From Chrysomallon squamiferum (lineage: Eukaryota; Animalia; Mollusca), in NCBI GenBank assembly GCA_012295275.1, contig CM022678.1, forward strand, positions 13,206,001 to 13,270,000: DNA of 64,000 nt, read 5' to 3'. Below, piece after piece: positions 1-16,231 of the stretch. The stretch's first letter is position 1. Every line of letters starts with the position of its first letter. The translations under genes were made by a program, and so were the position numbers. The notes below the pieces were generated by a model. It ran no database searches and had not been told where the DNA came from. It saw only the letters and a list, made by a program, of their open reading frames with translations.

Positions 1-3000
1 TACGTTACTATTTCTGTTGATACTCCCACTGCAACCACACCAGTTATTACTAATACGTTACTATTTTGTTGATACTGCCACTGCAACCACACCAGTTATT
101 ACTAATACGTTACTATTTCTGTTGATACTCCCACTGCAACCACACCAGTTATTACTAATACGTTACTATTTGTTAATACTCCCACTGCAACCACACCAGT
201 TATTACTAATACGTTACTATTTCTGTTGATACTCCCACTGCAACCACACCAGTTATTACTAATACGTTACTATTTCTGTTGAAACTCCCACTGCAACCAC
301 ACCAGTTATTACTAATACGTTACTATTTTGTTGATACTGCCACTGCAACCACACCAGTTATTACTAATACGTTACTATTTTTGTTGATACCACACCCACT
401 GCAAACCACACCAGTTATTACTAATACGTTACTATTTTGTTAATACTATTTCCCACTGCAAACCACACCAGTTATTACTAATACGTTACTATTTTGTTGA
501 TACTCCCACTGCAAACCACACCAGTTATTACTAATACGTTACTATTTTGTTGATACTCCCACTGCAACCACACCAGTTATTACTAATACGTTACTATTTT
601 GTTCATACTGCCACTGCAAACCACACCAGTTATTACTAATACGTTACTATTTTTGTTGATACTCCCACTGCAACCACACCAGTTATTACTAATACGTTAC
701 TATTTTGTTGATACTCCCACTGCAACCACACCAGTTATTACTAATACGTTACTATTTTGTTCATACTGCCACTGCAACCACACCAGTTATTACTAATACG
801 TTACTATTTCTGTTGATACTCCCACTGCAACCACACCAGTTATTACTAATACGTTACTATTTCTGTTGATACTCCCACTGCAACCACACCAGTTATTACT
901 AATACGTTACTATTTCTGTTGATACTCCCACTGCAACCACACCAGTTATTACTAATACGTTACTATTTTTGTTGATACTCCCACTGCAACCACACCAGTT
1001 ATTACTAATACGTTACTATTTGTTAATACTGCCACTGCAACCACACCAGTTATTACTAATACGTTACTATTTTGTTGATACTCCCACTGCAACCACACCA
1101 GTTATTACTAATACGTTACTATTTTGTTGATACTGCCACTGCAACCACACCAGTTATTACTAATACGTTACTATTTCTGTTGAAACTCCCACTGCAACCA
1201 CACCAGTTATTACTAATACGTTACTATTTCTGTTGATACTCCCACTGCAACCACACCAGTTATTACTAATACGTTACTTTTTTGTTCATACTGCCACTGC
1301 AACCACACCAGTTATTACTAATACGTTACTATTTCTGTTGATACTCCCACTGCAACCACACCACCACACCAGTTATTACTAATACGTTACTATTTTGTTG
1401 ATACTCCCACTGCAACCACACCAGTTATTACTAATACGTTACTATTTTGTTGATACTCCCACTGCAACCACACCAGTTATTACTAATACGTTACTATTTC
1501 TGTTGATACTCCCACTGCAACCACACCAGTTATTACTAATACGTTACTATTTCTGTTGATACTCCCACTGCAACCACACCAGTTATTACTAATACGTTAC
1601 TATTTCTGTTGATACTCCCACTGCAACCACACCAGTTATTACTAATACGTTACTATTTTGTTGATACTGCCACTGCAAACCACACCAGTTATTACTAATA
1701 CGTTACTATTTTGTTGATACTCCCACTGCAACCACACCAGTTATTACTAATACGTTACTATTTTGTTGATAACTCCCACTGCAACCACACCAGTTATTAC
1801 TAATACGTTACTATTTTGTTGATACTGCCACTGCAAACCACACCAGTTATTACTAATACGTTACTATTTTTGTTGATACTCCCACTGCAAACCACACCAG
1901 TTATTACTAATACGTTACTATTTTGTTGATACTCCCACTGCAACCACACCAGTTATTTACGTTACTAATACGTTACTATTTGTTTCTGTTGATACTCCCA
2001 CTGCAACCACACCAGTTATTACTAATACGTTACTATTTCTGTTGATACTCCCACTGCAACCACACCAGTTATTACTAATACGTTACTATTTGTTCATACT
2101 CCCACTGCAAACCACACCAGTTATTACTAATACGTTACTATTTTGTTGATACTCCCACTGCAACCACACCAGTTATTACTAATACGTTACTATTTGTTAA
2201 TACTGCCACTGCAACCACACCAGTTATTACTAATACGTTACTATTTGTTAATACTGCCACTGCAACCACACCAGTTATTACTAATACGTTACTATTTCTG
2301 TTGATACTCCCACTGCAACCACACCAGTTATTACTAATACGTTACTATTTGTTAATACTCCCACTGCAACCACACCAGTTATTACTAATACGTTACTATT
2401 TTTGTTGATACTTCCCACTGCAACCACACCAGTTATTACTAATACGTTACTATTTTGTTGATACTCCCACTGCAACCACACCAGTTATTACTAATACGTT
2501 ACTATTTTGTTGATACTCCCACTGCAAACCACACCAGTTATTACTAATACGTTACTATTTTGTTGATACTCCCCACTGCAACCACACCAGTTATTACTAA
2601 TACGTTACTATTTTGTTGATACTCCCACTGCAACCACACCAGTTATTACTAATACGTTACGTTATTTTTGTTGATACTCCCACTGCAACCACACACCAGT
2701 TATTACTAATACGTTACTATTTCTGTTGATACTCCCACTGCAACCACACCAGTTATTACTAATACGTTACTATTTGTTAATACTCCCACTGCAACCACAC
2801 CAGTTATTACTAATACGTTACTATTTCTGTTAATACTCCCACTGCAACCACACCAGTTATTACTAATACGTTACTATTTGTTAATACTGCCACTGCAACC
2901 ACACCAGTTATTACTAATACGTTACTATTTTGTTGATACTCCCACTGCAACCACACCAGTTATTACTAATACGTTACTATTTCTGTTGATACTCCCACTG

Positions 3001-6000
3001 CAACCACACCAGTTATTACTAATACGTTACTATTTCTGTTGATACTCCCACTGCAACCACACCAGTTATTACTAATACGTTACTATTTCTGTTGATACTC
3101 CCACTGCAACCACACCAGTTATTACTAATACGTTACTATTTCTGTTGATACTCCCACTGCAACCACACCAGTTATTACTAATACGTTACTATTTGTTGAT
3201 ATCCCACTGCAACCACTGCAACCACACCAGATTACTAATACGTTACTATTTCTGTTGATACTCCCACTGCAACCACACCAGTTATTACTAATACGTTACT
3301 ATTTTTGTTGATACTGCCACTGCAAACCACACCAGTTATTACTAATACGTTACTATATTTGTTGATACTCCCACTGCAACCACACCAGTTATAACTAATA
3401 CGTTACTATTTCTGTTGATACTCCCACTGCAACCACACCAGTTATTACTAATACGTTACTATTTTGTTGATACTGCCACTGCAACCACACCAGTTATTAC
3501 TAATACGTTACTATTTTGTTGATACTGCCACTGCAACCACACCAGTTATTACTAATACGTTACTATTTTTGTTGATACTCCCACTGCAACCACACACCAG
3601 TTATTACTAATACGTTACTATTTCTGTTGATACTCCCACTGCAACCACACCAGTTATTACTAATACGTTACTATTTGTTAATACTGCCACTGCAACCACA
3701 CCAGTTATTACTAATACGTTACTATTTCTGTTGATACTCCCACTGCAACCACACCAGTTATTACTAATACGTTACTATTTCTGTTGATACTCCCACTGCA
3801 ACCACACCAGTTATTACTAATACGTTACTATTTGTTAATACTGCCACTGCAACCACACCAGTTATTACTAATACGTTACTATTTTGTTGATACTCCCACT
3901 GCAACCACACCAGTTATTACTAATACGTTACTATTTCTGTTGATAATCCCACTGCAACCACACCAGTTATTACTAATACGTTACTATTTCTGTTGATACT
4001 CCCACTGCAACCACACCAGTTATTACTAATACGTTACTAATACGTTGCTATTTCTGCTGATACTCCCACTGCAACCACACCAGTTATTACTAATACGTTA
4101 CTATTTCTGTTGATACTCCCACTGCAACCACACCAGTTATTACTAATGTTACTATTTTTGTTGATACTCCCACTGCAACCACACCAGTTATTATACGTTA
4201 CTAATACGTTACTATTTTTGTTGATACTCCCACTGCAAAACCACACCAGTTATTACTAATACGTTACTATTTTGTTAATACTGCCACTGCAACCAACCAC
4301 ACCAGTTATTACTAATACGTTACTATTTTTGTTGATACTCCCACTGCAACCACACCAGTTATTACTAATACGTTACTATTTCTGTTGATACTGCCACTGC
4401 AACCACACCAGTTATTACTAATACGTTACTATTTGTTGATACTCCCACTGCAACACACACCAGTTATTACTAATACGTTACTATTTTGTTGATACTCCCA
4501 CTGCAACCACACCAGTTATTACTAATACGTTACTATTTGTTAATACTCCCACTGCAACCACACCAGTTATAACTAATACGTTACTATTTCTGTTGATACT
4601 CCCACTGCAACCACACCAGTTATTACTAATACGTTACTATTTGTTGATACTCCCACTGCAACCACACCAGTTATTACTAATACGTTACTATTTTGTTGAT
4701 ACTCCCACTGCAACCACACCAGTTATTACTAATACGTTACTATTTTGTTGATACTGCCACTGCAAACCACACCAGTTATTACTAATACGTTACTATTTTT
4801 GTTGATACTCCCACTGCAACCACACCAGTTATTACTAATACGTTACTATTTTTGTTGATACTCCCACTGCAACCACACCAGTTACGTTACTAATACGTTA
4901 CTATTTTGTTGATACTCCCACTGCAACCACACCAGTTATTACTAATACGTTACTATTTTGTTGATACTGCCACTGCAACCACACCAGTTATTACTAATAC
5001 GTTACTATTTTTGTTGATACTGCCACTGCAAACCACACCAGTTATTACTAATACGTTACTATTTTGTTGATACTCCCACTGCAACCACACCAGTTATTAC
5101 TAATACGTTACTATTTTGTTGATACCCCACTGCAAAACCACACCAGTTATTACTAATACGTTACTATTTATTTGTTAATTTTGTTCCCACTGCAACCACA
5201 CCAGTTATTACTACTAATACGTTACTATTTTTTGTTAATACTCCCACTGCAACCACACCAGTTATTACTAATACGTTACTATTTCTGTTGATACTCCCAC
5301 TGCAACCACACCAGTTATTACTAATACGTTACTATTTGTTAATACTGCCACTGCAAACACACCAGTTATTACTAATACGTTACTATTTCTGTTGATACTC
5401 CCACTGCAACCACACCAGTTATTACTAATACGTTACTATTTTGTTGATACTGCCACTGCAACCACACCAGTTATTACTAATACGTTACTATTTTTGTTAA
5501 TACCCCACTGCAACCACACCAGTTAATATTTTTGTTATTACTAATACGTTACGTTACTATTTGTTGATACTCCCACTGCAACCACACCAGTTATTACTAA
5601 TACGTTACTATTTTTGTTGATACTCCCACTGCAAACCACACCAGTTATTACTAATACGTTACTATTTTTGTTGATACTCCCACTGCAACCACACCAGTTA
5701 TAATACGTTACTATTTTTGTTCATACTGCCACTGCAACCACACCAGTTATTACTAATACGTTACTATTTCTGTTCATACTGCCACTGCAACCACACCAGT
5801 TATTACTAATACGTTACTATTTGTTAATACTCCCACTGCAACCACACCAGTTATTACTAATACGTTACTATTTCTGTTGATACTCCCACTGCAACCACAC
5901 CAGTTATTACTAATACGTTACTATTTGTTAATACTGCCACTGCAACCACACCAGTTATTACTAATACGTTACTAATACGTTGCTATTTCTGCTGATACTC

Positions 6001-9000
6001 CCACTGCAACCACACCAGTTATTACTAATACGTTACTATTTGTTAATACTGCCACTGCAACCACACCAGTTATTACTAATACGTTACTATTTTTGTTGAT
6101 ACTCCCACTGCAACCACACCAGTTATTACTAATACGTTACTATTTCTGTTCATACTGCCACTGCAACCACACCAGTTATTACTAATACGTTACTATTTTT
6201 GTTGATACTGCAACTGCAACCACACCAGTTATTACTAATACGTTACTATTTCTGTTGATACTGCCACTGCAACCACACCAGTTATTACTAATACGTTACT
6301 ATTTGTTGATACTCCCACTGCAACCACACCAGTTATAACTAATACGTTACTATTTCTGTTAATACTACTAATACGTTACTATTTGTTGATACTCCCACTG
6401 CAACCACACCAGTTATTACTAATACGTTACTATTTTGTTGATACTCCCACTGCAACCACACCAGTTATTACTAATACGTTACTATTTTGTTGATACTGCC
6501 ACTGCAACCACACCAGTTATTACTAATACGTTACTATTTTGTTGATACTCCCACTGCAACCACACCAGTTATTACTAATACGTTACTATTTCTGTTGATA
6601 CTCCCACTGCAACCACACCAGTTATTACTAATACGTTACTATTTCTGTTGATACTCCCACTGCAACCACACCAGTTATTACTAATACGTTACTATTTGTT
6701 GATACTGCCACTGCAACCACACCAGTTATTACTAATACGTTACTATTTCTGTTGATACTCCCACTGCAACCACACCAGTTATTACTAATACGTTACTATT
6801 TTTGTTCATACTGCCACTGCAAACCACACCAGTTATTACTAATACGTTACTATTTGTTAATACTGCCACTGCAACCACACCAGTTATTACTAATACGTTA
6901 CTATTTCTGTTGATACTCCCACTGCAACCACACCAGTTATTACTAATACGTTACTATTTGTTAATACTGCCACTGCAACCACACCAGTTATTACTAATAC
7001 GTTACTATTTCTGTTGATACTCCCACTGCAACCACACCAGTTATTACTAATACGTTACTATTTTGTTGATCATACTCCCACTGCAACCACACCAGTTATT
7101 ACTAATACGTTACTATTTTGTTGATACTGCCACTGCAACCACACCAGTTATTACTAATACGTTACTATTTGTTAATACTCCCACTGCAACCACACCAGTT
7201 ATTACTAATACGTTACTATTTCTGTTGATACTCCCACTGCAACCACACCAGTTATTACTAATACGTTACTATTTGTTAATACTCCCACTGCAACCACACC
7301 AGTTATTACTAATACGTTACTATTTCTGTTGATACTGCCACTGCAACCACACCAGTTATTACTAATACGTTACTATTTTTGTTGATACTCCCACTGCAAA
7401 CCACACCAGTTATTATTACTAATACGTTACGTTATTTTTGTTGATACTCCCACTGCAACCACACCAGTTATTACTAATACGTTACTATTTTGTTGATACT
7501 CCCACTGCAACCACACCAGTTATTACTAATACGTTACTATTTCTGTTGATACTCCCACTGCAACCACACCAGTTATTACTAATACGTTACTAATACGTTG
7601 CTATTTCTGCTGATACTCCCACTGCAACCACACCAGTTATTACTAATACGTTACTATTTTTGTTGATACTGCCACTGCAACCACACCAGTTATTACTAAT
7701 ACGTTACTATTTTGTTGATACTCCCACTGCAACCAACCAGTTATTACTAATACCAGATATTACTGCAAATACAGTTACTAATATTTTTGTTGATACTCCC
7801 ACTGCAACCACACCAGTTATTACTAATACGTTACTATTTCTGTTCATACTGCCACTGCAACCACACCAGTTATTACTAATACGTTACTATTTCTGTTCAT
7901 ACTGCCACTGCAACCACACCAGTTATTACTAATACGTTACTATTTCTGTTGATACTCCCACTGCAACCACACCAGTTATTACTAATACGTTACTATTTTG
8001 TTGATACTCCCACTGCAACCACACCAGTTATTACTAATACGTTACTATTTTGTTGATACTCCCACTGCAACCACACCAGTTATTACTAATACGTTACTAT
8101 TTCTGTTGATACTCCCACTGCAACCACACCAGTTATTACTAATACGTTACTATTTCTGTTCATACTGCCACTGCAACCACACCAGTTATTAATAATACGT
8201 TCCTATTTCTGTTGATACTCCCACTGCAACCACACCAGTTATTACTAATACGTTACTATTTGTTAATACTGCCACTGCAACCACACCAGTTATTACTAAT
8301 ACGTTACTATTTGTTAATACTCCCACTGCAACCACACCAGTTATTACTAATACGTTATTATTTCTGTTGATACTCCCACTGCAACCACACCAGTTAGTTA
8401 TTACTAATACGTTACTATTTTTGTTGATACTGCCACTGCAACCACACCAGTTATTACTAATACGTTACGTTACTATTTTGTTGATACTCCCACTGCAACC
8501 ACACCACCAGTTATTACTAATACGTTACTATTTCTGTTGATACTGCCACTGCAACCACACCAGTTATTACTAATACGTTACTATTTCTGTTGATACTCCC
8601 ACTGCAACCACACCAGTTATTACTAATACGTTACTATTTGTTAATACTGCCACTGCAACCACACCAGTTATTACTAATACGTTACTATTTCTGTTGATAC
8701 TGCCACTGCAACCACACCAGTTATTACTAATACGTTACTATTTTGTTGATACTCCCACTGCAACCACACCAGTTATTACTAATACGTTACTATTTTGTTA
8801 ATACTCCCACTGCAACCACACCCAGTTAATACGTTACTAATACGTTACTATTTCTGTTAATACGTTACCACTGCCACTGCAACCACACCAGTTATTACTA
8901 ATACGTTACTATTTGTTAATACTCCCACTGCAACCACACCAGTTATTACTAATACGTTACTATTTCTGTTGATACTCCCACTGCAACCACACCAGTTATT

Positions 9001-12000
9001 ACTAATACGTTACTAATACGTTGCTATTTCTGCTGATACTCCCACTGCAACCACACCAGTTATTACTAATACGTTACCATTTGTTAATACTGCCACTGCA
9101 GCGACACCAGTTATTACTAATGTTACTATTTGTTAATACTCCCACTGCAACCACACCAGTTATTACTAATACGTTACTATTTCTGTTGATACTCCCACTG
9201 CAACCACACCAGTTATTACTAATACGTTACTATTTCTGTTGATACTCCCACTGCAACCACACCAGTTATTACTAATACGTTACTATTTTTGTTGATACTC
9301 CCACTGCAACCACACCAGTTATTACTAATACGTTACTATTTTGTTGATACCACTGCCACTGCAAACCACACCAGTTATTACTAATACGTTAATACGTTTA
9401 TTTTGTTGTTAATATACTCCCACTGCAACCACACCAGTTATTACTAATACGTTACTATTTTGTTAATACTGCCACTGCAACCACACCAGTTATTACTAAT
9501 ACGTTACTATTTTGTTGATACTCCCACTGCAACCACACCAGTTATTACTAATACGTTACTATTTCTGTTGATACTCCCACTGCAACCACACCAGTTATTA
9601 CTAATACGTTAGTTATACGTTACTATTTCTGTTGAAACTCCCACTGCAACCACACCAGTTATTACTAATACGTTACTATTTTGTTGATACTCCCACTGCA
9701 ACCACACCAGTTATTACTAATACGTTACTATTTCTGTTGATACTCCCACTGCAACCACACCAGTTATTACTAATACGTTACTATTTTGTTAATACTGCCA
9801 CTGCAACCACACCAGTTATTACTAATACGTTACTATTTGTTGATACTGCCACTGCAACCACACCAGTTATTACTAATACGTTACTATTTCTGTTGATACT
9901 CCCACTGCAACCACACCAGTTATTACTAATACGTTACTATTTCTGTTTTGTTAATACGTTACTACTAATACTCCCAAAACCACACCAGTTATTACTAATA
10001 CGTTACTATTTTGTTAATACTCCCACTGCAACCACACCAGTTATTACTAATACGTTACTATTTCTGTTGATACTCCCACTGCAACCACACCAGTTATTAC
10101 TAATACGTTACTATTTGTTAATACTCCCACTGCAACCACACCAGTTATTACTAATACGTTACTATTTCTGTTGATACTCCCACTGCAACCACACCAGTTA
10201 TTACTAATACGTTACGTTTATTTGTTAATACTGCCACTGCAACCACACCAGTTATTACTAATACGTTACTATTTCTGTTGATACTCCCACTGCAACCACA
10301 CCAGTTATTACTAATACGTTACTATTTCTGTTAATACTCCCACTGCAACCACACCAGTTATTACTAATACGTTACTAATACGTTGCTATTTCTGCTGATA
10401 CTCCCACTGCAACCACACCAGTTATTACTAATACGTTACTATTTTGTTAATACTGCCACTGCAACCACACCAGTTATTACTAATACGTTACTATTTCTGT
10501 TGATACTCCCACTGCAACCACACCAGTTATTACTAATACGTTACTATTTCTGTTGATACTCCCACTGCAACCACACCAGTTATTACTAATACGTTACTAT
10601 TTGTTAATACTGCCACTGCAACCACACCAGTTATTACTAATACGTTACTATTTCTGTTGATACTCCCACTGCAACCACACCAGTTATTACTAATACGTTA
10701 CTATTTCTGTTGATACTCCCACTGCAACCACACCAGTTATTACTAATACGTTACTATTTGTTAATACTGCCACTGCAACCACACCAGTTATTACTAATAC
10801 GTTACTATTTCTGTTGATACTCCCACTGCAACCACACCAGTTATTACTAATACGTTACTATTTTGTTGATACTCCCACTGCAAACCACACCAGTTATTAC
10901 TAATACGTTACGTTATTATTTGTTGATACTCCCACTGCAAACCACACCAGATTATTACTAATACGTTACTATTTTGTTGATACTCCCACTGCAAACCACA
11001 CCAGTTATTACTAATACGTTACTATTTCTGTTGATACTCCCACTGCAACCACACCAGTTATTACTAATACGTTACTATTTTGTTAATACTGCCACTGCAA
11101 CCACACCAGTTATTACTAATACGTTACTATTTCTGTTGATACTCCCACTGCAACCACACCAGTATACTGCCACTGCAACCACACCAGTTATTACTAATAC
11201 GTTACTATTTTGTTAATACTCCCACTGCAACCACACCAGTTATTACTAATACGTTACTATTTCTGTTGATACTCCCACTGCAACCACACCAGTTATTACT
11301 AATACGTTACTATTTCTGTTGATACTCCCACTGCAACCACACCAGTTATTACTAATACGTTACTAATACGTTGCTATTTCTGCTGATACTCCCACTGCAA
11401 CCACACCAGTTATTACTAATACGTTACTATTTGTTAATACTCTGCCACTGCAACCACACCAGTTATTACTAATACGTTACTATTTCTGTTGATACTGCCA
11501 CTGCAACCACACCAGTTATTACTAATACGTTACTATTTCTGTTGATACTCCCACTGCAACCACACCAGTTATTACTAATACGTTACTATTTCTGTTGATA
11601 CTCCCACTGCAACCACACCAGTTATTACTAATACGTTACTATTTGTTAATACTGCCACTGCAACCACACCAGTTATTACTAATACGTTACTATTTCTGTT
11701 GATACTCCCACTGCAACCACACCAGTTATTACTAATACGTTACTATTTCTGTTGATACTGCCACTGCAACCACACCAGTTATTACTAATACGTTACTATT
11801 TCTGTTGATACTGCCATTGCAACCACACCAGTTATTACTAATACGTTACTATTTGTTAATACTCCCACTGCAACCACACCAGTTATTACTAATACGTTAC
11901 TATTTCTGTTGATACTCCCACTGCAACCACACCAGTTATTACTAATACGTTACTATTTTGTTGATACTGCCACTGCAACCACACCAGATAACTAATACGT

Positions 12001-12050
12001 TACTATTTGTTAATACTGCCACTGCAACCACACCAGTTATTACTAATGTT
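1..12050. repeat. Tandem satellite, 51-53 bp unit (TACGTTACTATTTCTGTTGATACTCCCACTGCAACCACACCAGTTATTACTAA), roughly 225-230 copies, runs off the window start
   Basis: The unit is directly visible with period 53 (1, 54, ...). Variants differ in the T-run/CTG segment and CTCCC/CTGCC. It decays into a low-complexity tract at ~12050. Confidence 0.98.
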
Positions 12051-12166
12051 ACTATTACTGTTGATACTGCTTTTATTGCTGCTACTATTATTACGTTATT
12101 CTATCATTACAGCTACTAGTTCTATTACTTCTATTTCTCTTCTACTGTTTAACAATGCTCCTACAA

Positions 12167-12169
<3 letters not shown>

Positions 12170-12217
<48 letters not shown>

Positions 12218-12238
12218 TGCATACACACACACACACAT
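12170..12238. repeat. (TA)n + (CA)n microsatellite
   Basis: Directly visible. Confidence 0.95.
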
Positions 12239-12259
12239 ATTTTTTTCATTTTTTTTCAG

Positions 12260-12559
12260 GTTGTTGTTAAAGCTGAACCAAATAATGATGAGGCTGCGGG
12301 CAGTGTAGTTGTTGCTGAAGACAGTGTCAGTGATGTCACCATACCTATCCAAGATATCGACATATCCAATTCGTTGCCTAGTTACCAGTTAACACTGCCA
12401 TCTAGTGACCAGTTTGAAACAAAAATAAATCAGTCAGCAGTTGAAGCCAGTCTAGTGTCAGGGTGCATAACTCTGTCATCTAGTGAATTAGTACCTGAAT
12501 GCAGTTGTCGGCCCTTGACTAAACTCCAAGACACAACCTGGTTTGTGGTGAGATTGTAG
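12260..12559 (+). CDS. Probable terminal coding exon of an unidentified gene whose upstream exons lie outside the window (VVVKAEPNNDE...WFVVRL*)
   Basis: Strong polypyrimidine acceptor TTTTTTTTCAG ends at 12259, followed by 99 open codons of non-repetitive composition to TAG. AATAAA at ~12726-12740. Contains VKAE, a SUMO-consensus-like motif. Confidence 0.6.
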   Translation, partial: VVVKAEPNNDEAAGSVVVAEDSVSDVTIPIQDIDISNSLPSYQLTLPSSDQFETKINQSAVEASLVSGCITLSSSELVPECSCRPLTKLQDTTWFVVRL

Positions 12560-13365
12560 GAATGAATGAATGCATATATCAATGAATGGATGAATGAAAT
12601 ATCAAATAACTATTTCTAGTAATATCAGTATTGTAGAAATGACTGTTCATATATAGCTATGATTAGATATTGCAAATAGACCAAAATGGAGAAATGCTAA
12701 ACACTTCACAGTGACTAAAATAGGAAATAAAAAAATAAAATATATTTGAAATGGTTTTTGAAATGTCTTCTATCATGGAAAATCTTTACCAGTGGATGTT
12801 TCTTTTAATTGCTGTTTGTATTAATTTTGAAAACCTGTATCATGTTTTGTCATCTGACATGAGAAATTATTTTGATAAGGTCAGGTTGTGTTCCTGAATT
12901 AAAACTCGTTAGAGTGATTGGTTTTAACACGTTTTGTATCCACCTCTTTCACTAACGTTTCCATGCAAATATTCTCACACAAGCACAGACAGTTTGCGTG
13001 ACATTTGCTAACTTTGTGCCGTTTCTTTTACCATTTTATTTCAACCATTATACCAAGAGTCAATAAGGTCTCGTTTTGTGACATCATACAGATCCTCAGA
13101 AGAAACAATCTTTTCTATTGGCACAATTTAGTTTATGCATGTCTCCATTCGTAAGTATTCCACACTTTTTGTATGTGTGACGAGATATTTTTACCTTAGT
13201 TGAGTAACTTGCAGATCATTTTAGTATACTCATACTTGTTTTAGTAACTGTAAATCTTAAACGTTCTTTAATTATTAGTTATTCATCCATATTGCTAGAG
13301 CTAATGTGTGTGAAATAAGAATATCATACTGTATTCCAATATGCAAATCTGTTTCAGAGAATATG

Positions 13366-13407
<42 letters not shown>

Positions 13408-14172
13408 TAAGATTAAATTTAATACAAAATTTCTCAATTAACTATACATTACATATTATAGCTTTAAATTTTAGGAAGTGTGCATAATATCCATTTCCCA
13501 TAACACACATACACACACACACACACAATCATGAAGACGAGAAATAAAACCTTACAGCTGTTCCTGTAAGCAGCCAGATACACAGATGTAAATTTATAGA
13601 AAGATTTACATGTTAGTTGAACACACTAATTATGAATGCAATGAAATTAAAATAGACTTTTAATGGTGCTTATTTTAACGTGGAACATTATCAAACTGAT
13701 AAAATATTCTGGGGACAGCTATTTCCAATTTGTGATTATACAACAATGAAAATGTTGACCTCAAACTCAGTTATTTCTTTATCTGATATTAATGAAATAA
13801 GTAACTTCCTAACTAAATGAATAGAAATACTTAGTAAAATAACAAACTCCTATAAAAAAACCCACAAAAAACCCTACAAACAACACAAATCATTATTATT
13901 ATTATTTAATAATACCTTCCGTAATATCATTCACAAATAATGATTTTTTTTATCTTTGTTTTTGTTTTTTGTTGTTTTTTTTATTATTCAAATTTTTATT
14001 AATTTGTTAATTTTTAATTTTATTATTAATTTATTGATTTGTAAATTAAATTTGCATATTATTGTGGTTGTTGTTGTTGTTGTTGTTATTATTATTATTA
14101 TGAATGTTGATGTTTTTAATTCACGGTTGTTTCTGTCTCTATTTTTATTAATTTATTCTTTCTTTCTTTTGA

Positions 14173-14214
<42 letters not shown>

Positions 14215-14399
14215 TTTTGATTTTTTCGGTTAAATACATACTATTTAGCTGCTCAAAGTTCATGTAATATAATCGCTTTATCTGTTTTTTCTTCTCTTTA
14301 ATCTGTTGACTGAAGTTTTAATTGAAAAATGGTGTTTATAAAATTTGTCTGGTCGAAGGAATCTTATAAATGTCCTAAAGAAAGCAACAGCTTCATTAA

Positions 14400-14521
14400 A
14401 ATTAACGACTTGTACCGAAGTACACACTGCGAAGCATGCCATGACGTAAGCAAATTTTGCTAGTCACATAGCTACAGTGGTACTGCTGCGAATTGCCGTG
14501 AATTCTGTATCGTAAAAAAAG
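14400..14521 (+). promoter_or_regulatory. Candidate promoter / non-coding first exon of the CAP-like gene
   Basis: Local CpG enrichment, CRE-like TGACGTAA at 14442-14449, and a donor AG|GTATGT at 14521/14522. A second candidate UTR exon ends CAG|GTAACA near 14905. Confidence 0.35.
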
Positions 14522-15419
14522 GTATGTTTCCTTTTTTATTTTACTTCTTTTCTTCTTGTACAAATGTTATTTTAATTTCTTTTTTATTTCTATTTGTTTA
14601 CTATGTCAAAGAGATAATTCGTTAATACATAGTTTAAATTAGATTGATCATTTATGAGGCATACGTCTTTTACACAATGGCATTTTTTCCATGCATCTAA
14701 ATGTTTGTAAGCATTAAAATGAAAAAACTTCAAATTAATTTCTGAACATATCACACGGAATGATGAATTTTGTAATTCAGTAGGATGCAGTATTCTGTCA
14801 TATTACTGCAGAAACTTTAATGAAACAATTCCAATATACCTTAATCAACTAGTTAAAATCGATGACGGTGGAACATAAATTTCCTATCGGCAATAATATT
14901 TCAGGTAACAAATATATGTTATAAACAATGTAACTGTACTTATTCTTTCCAAACTTAACTTTGGATGTGTTATATTTATATTTTAAAGGAATTCTATATG
15001 GTACAAAATAGTAAATACAATTAGAATCAGGCTCAAGAAGTGAGTCTGTGAATAAAAAGATGTCAGATTAAATATTTGAAAGTATGAACGAAATTAATTT
15101 ATCTAATGAAAAGATAATACAGCTGTTGTAAATCATAAAAAATATGAAATGCAAAAACACACAACTGATAACCATTTTTTCAGAAGAAAGATGTCCTTAT
15201 TTGACAAAAAATATATAAATAAATACATAAATAAATAAATGAAATAAAATAACATAAAATAAAATAAATAAATAATAAAAATTAAAAAATTAAAAGAAGA
15301 AAGACCTTGTTTCATATTTGATATTTCATAAGCATGTAGCTTTTAGTGGTTCTTTTTCTTCTCATTATTATTATTGTTTGTTGTTTTGTTGCCATTGTTA
15401 TCATTATTTTGATGTTAAA

Positions 15420-15460
<41 letters not shown>

Positions 15461-15904
15461 TTATTATTATCATTGTTATTATTACTATTAATATTCTTCT
15501 TATTATTATTATGTTGTTGTTGATGTTAATTTTATTTTACTAATCAAGATTTTTTTTCTTTTACTGAAATAGGTGAAAATTGTCTTTATATTGGTTTACT
15601 TCATTCTTCTGAAGATGTGCTTTTTCAGACCAATCAGAAAGGTATAAACATAATGAAACAGAATGTTTCAAGTATATGTGCACGCACGCACACACACACA
15701 CACACACAGACAGCTACACTTACACATATACACAAACACACATCTACATAAACACACACAAACCCATCCATCATACAGACACACACACACACAGTTATAT
15801 TTACACTTAATGTCTGCACACACAGACACAAAACAATGCCTACACACTCATATTAAATGAAGATGATGATGGTGGTAAGTGTCAAAGTTTATTTATAGAT
15901 AAAT

Positions 15905-16022
15905 ATGGAAGAAAAGCACTCTGAAGAGAGAAGAAATGTTGATTATATCAAGAAAGATAACTCTCTAAGTAAACAGTTCAGACCAGTCCTGGACTCAGAT
16001 TCCAGTGTGTTTTTCAAAAGAG
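15905..16022 (+). CDS. Putative first coding exon (MEEKHSEERRNVDYIKKDNSLSKQFRPVLDSDSSVFFKR)
   Basis: Acceptor TTTATAG at 15898, ATG at 15905, open to AG|GTAAAA. Phase 1 matches the frame of the exon at 16597 (EVKTAKPGTEQ...). Confidence 0.55.
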
Positions 16023-16119
16023 GTAAAATTTGTAATTAACAGTATCATATTCTTGTTCACATCTTGATTAATCCACTTTTTACTTTTTTATTATTTTAAT
16101 TTATTATTAAACTTTGTTT

Positions 16120-16231
<112 letters not shown>

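Noticed and set aside
1-12050. CRISPR array or protein-coding repeat (ORFs LILPLQPHQ / TATTPVITNT)
   Set aside because: No unique spacers and no cas genes, in a eukaryotic context. Unit length varies 51-53 bp, so the frame is not maintained.
13956-15860. Leu/Ile/Val-, Tyr- or His/Thr-rich ORFs
   Set aside because: Translations of (TTA)n, (TTG)n and (CA)n microsatellites. The same applies to similar ORFs at 49.0-49.7, 51.8-52.1 and 59.0-59.5 kb.
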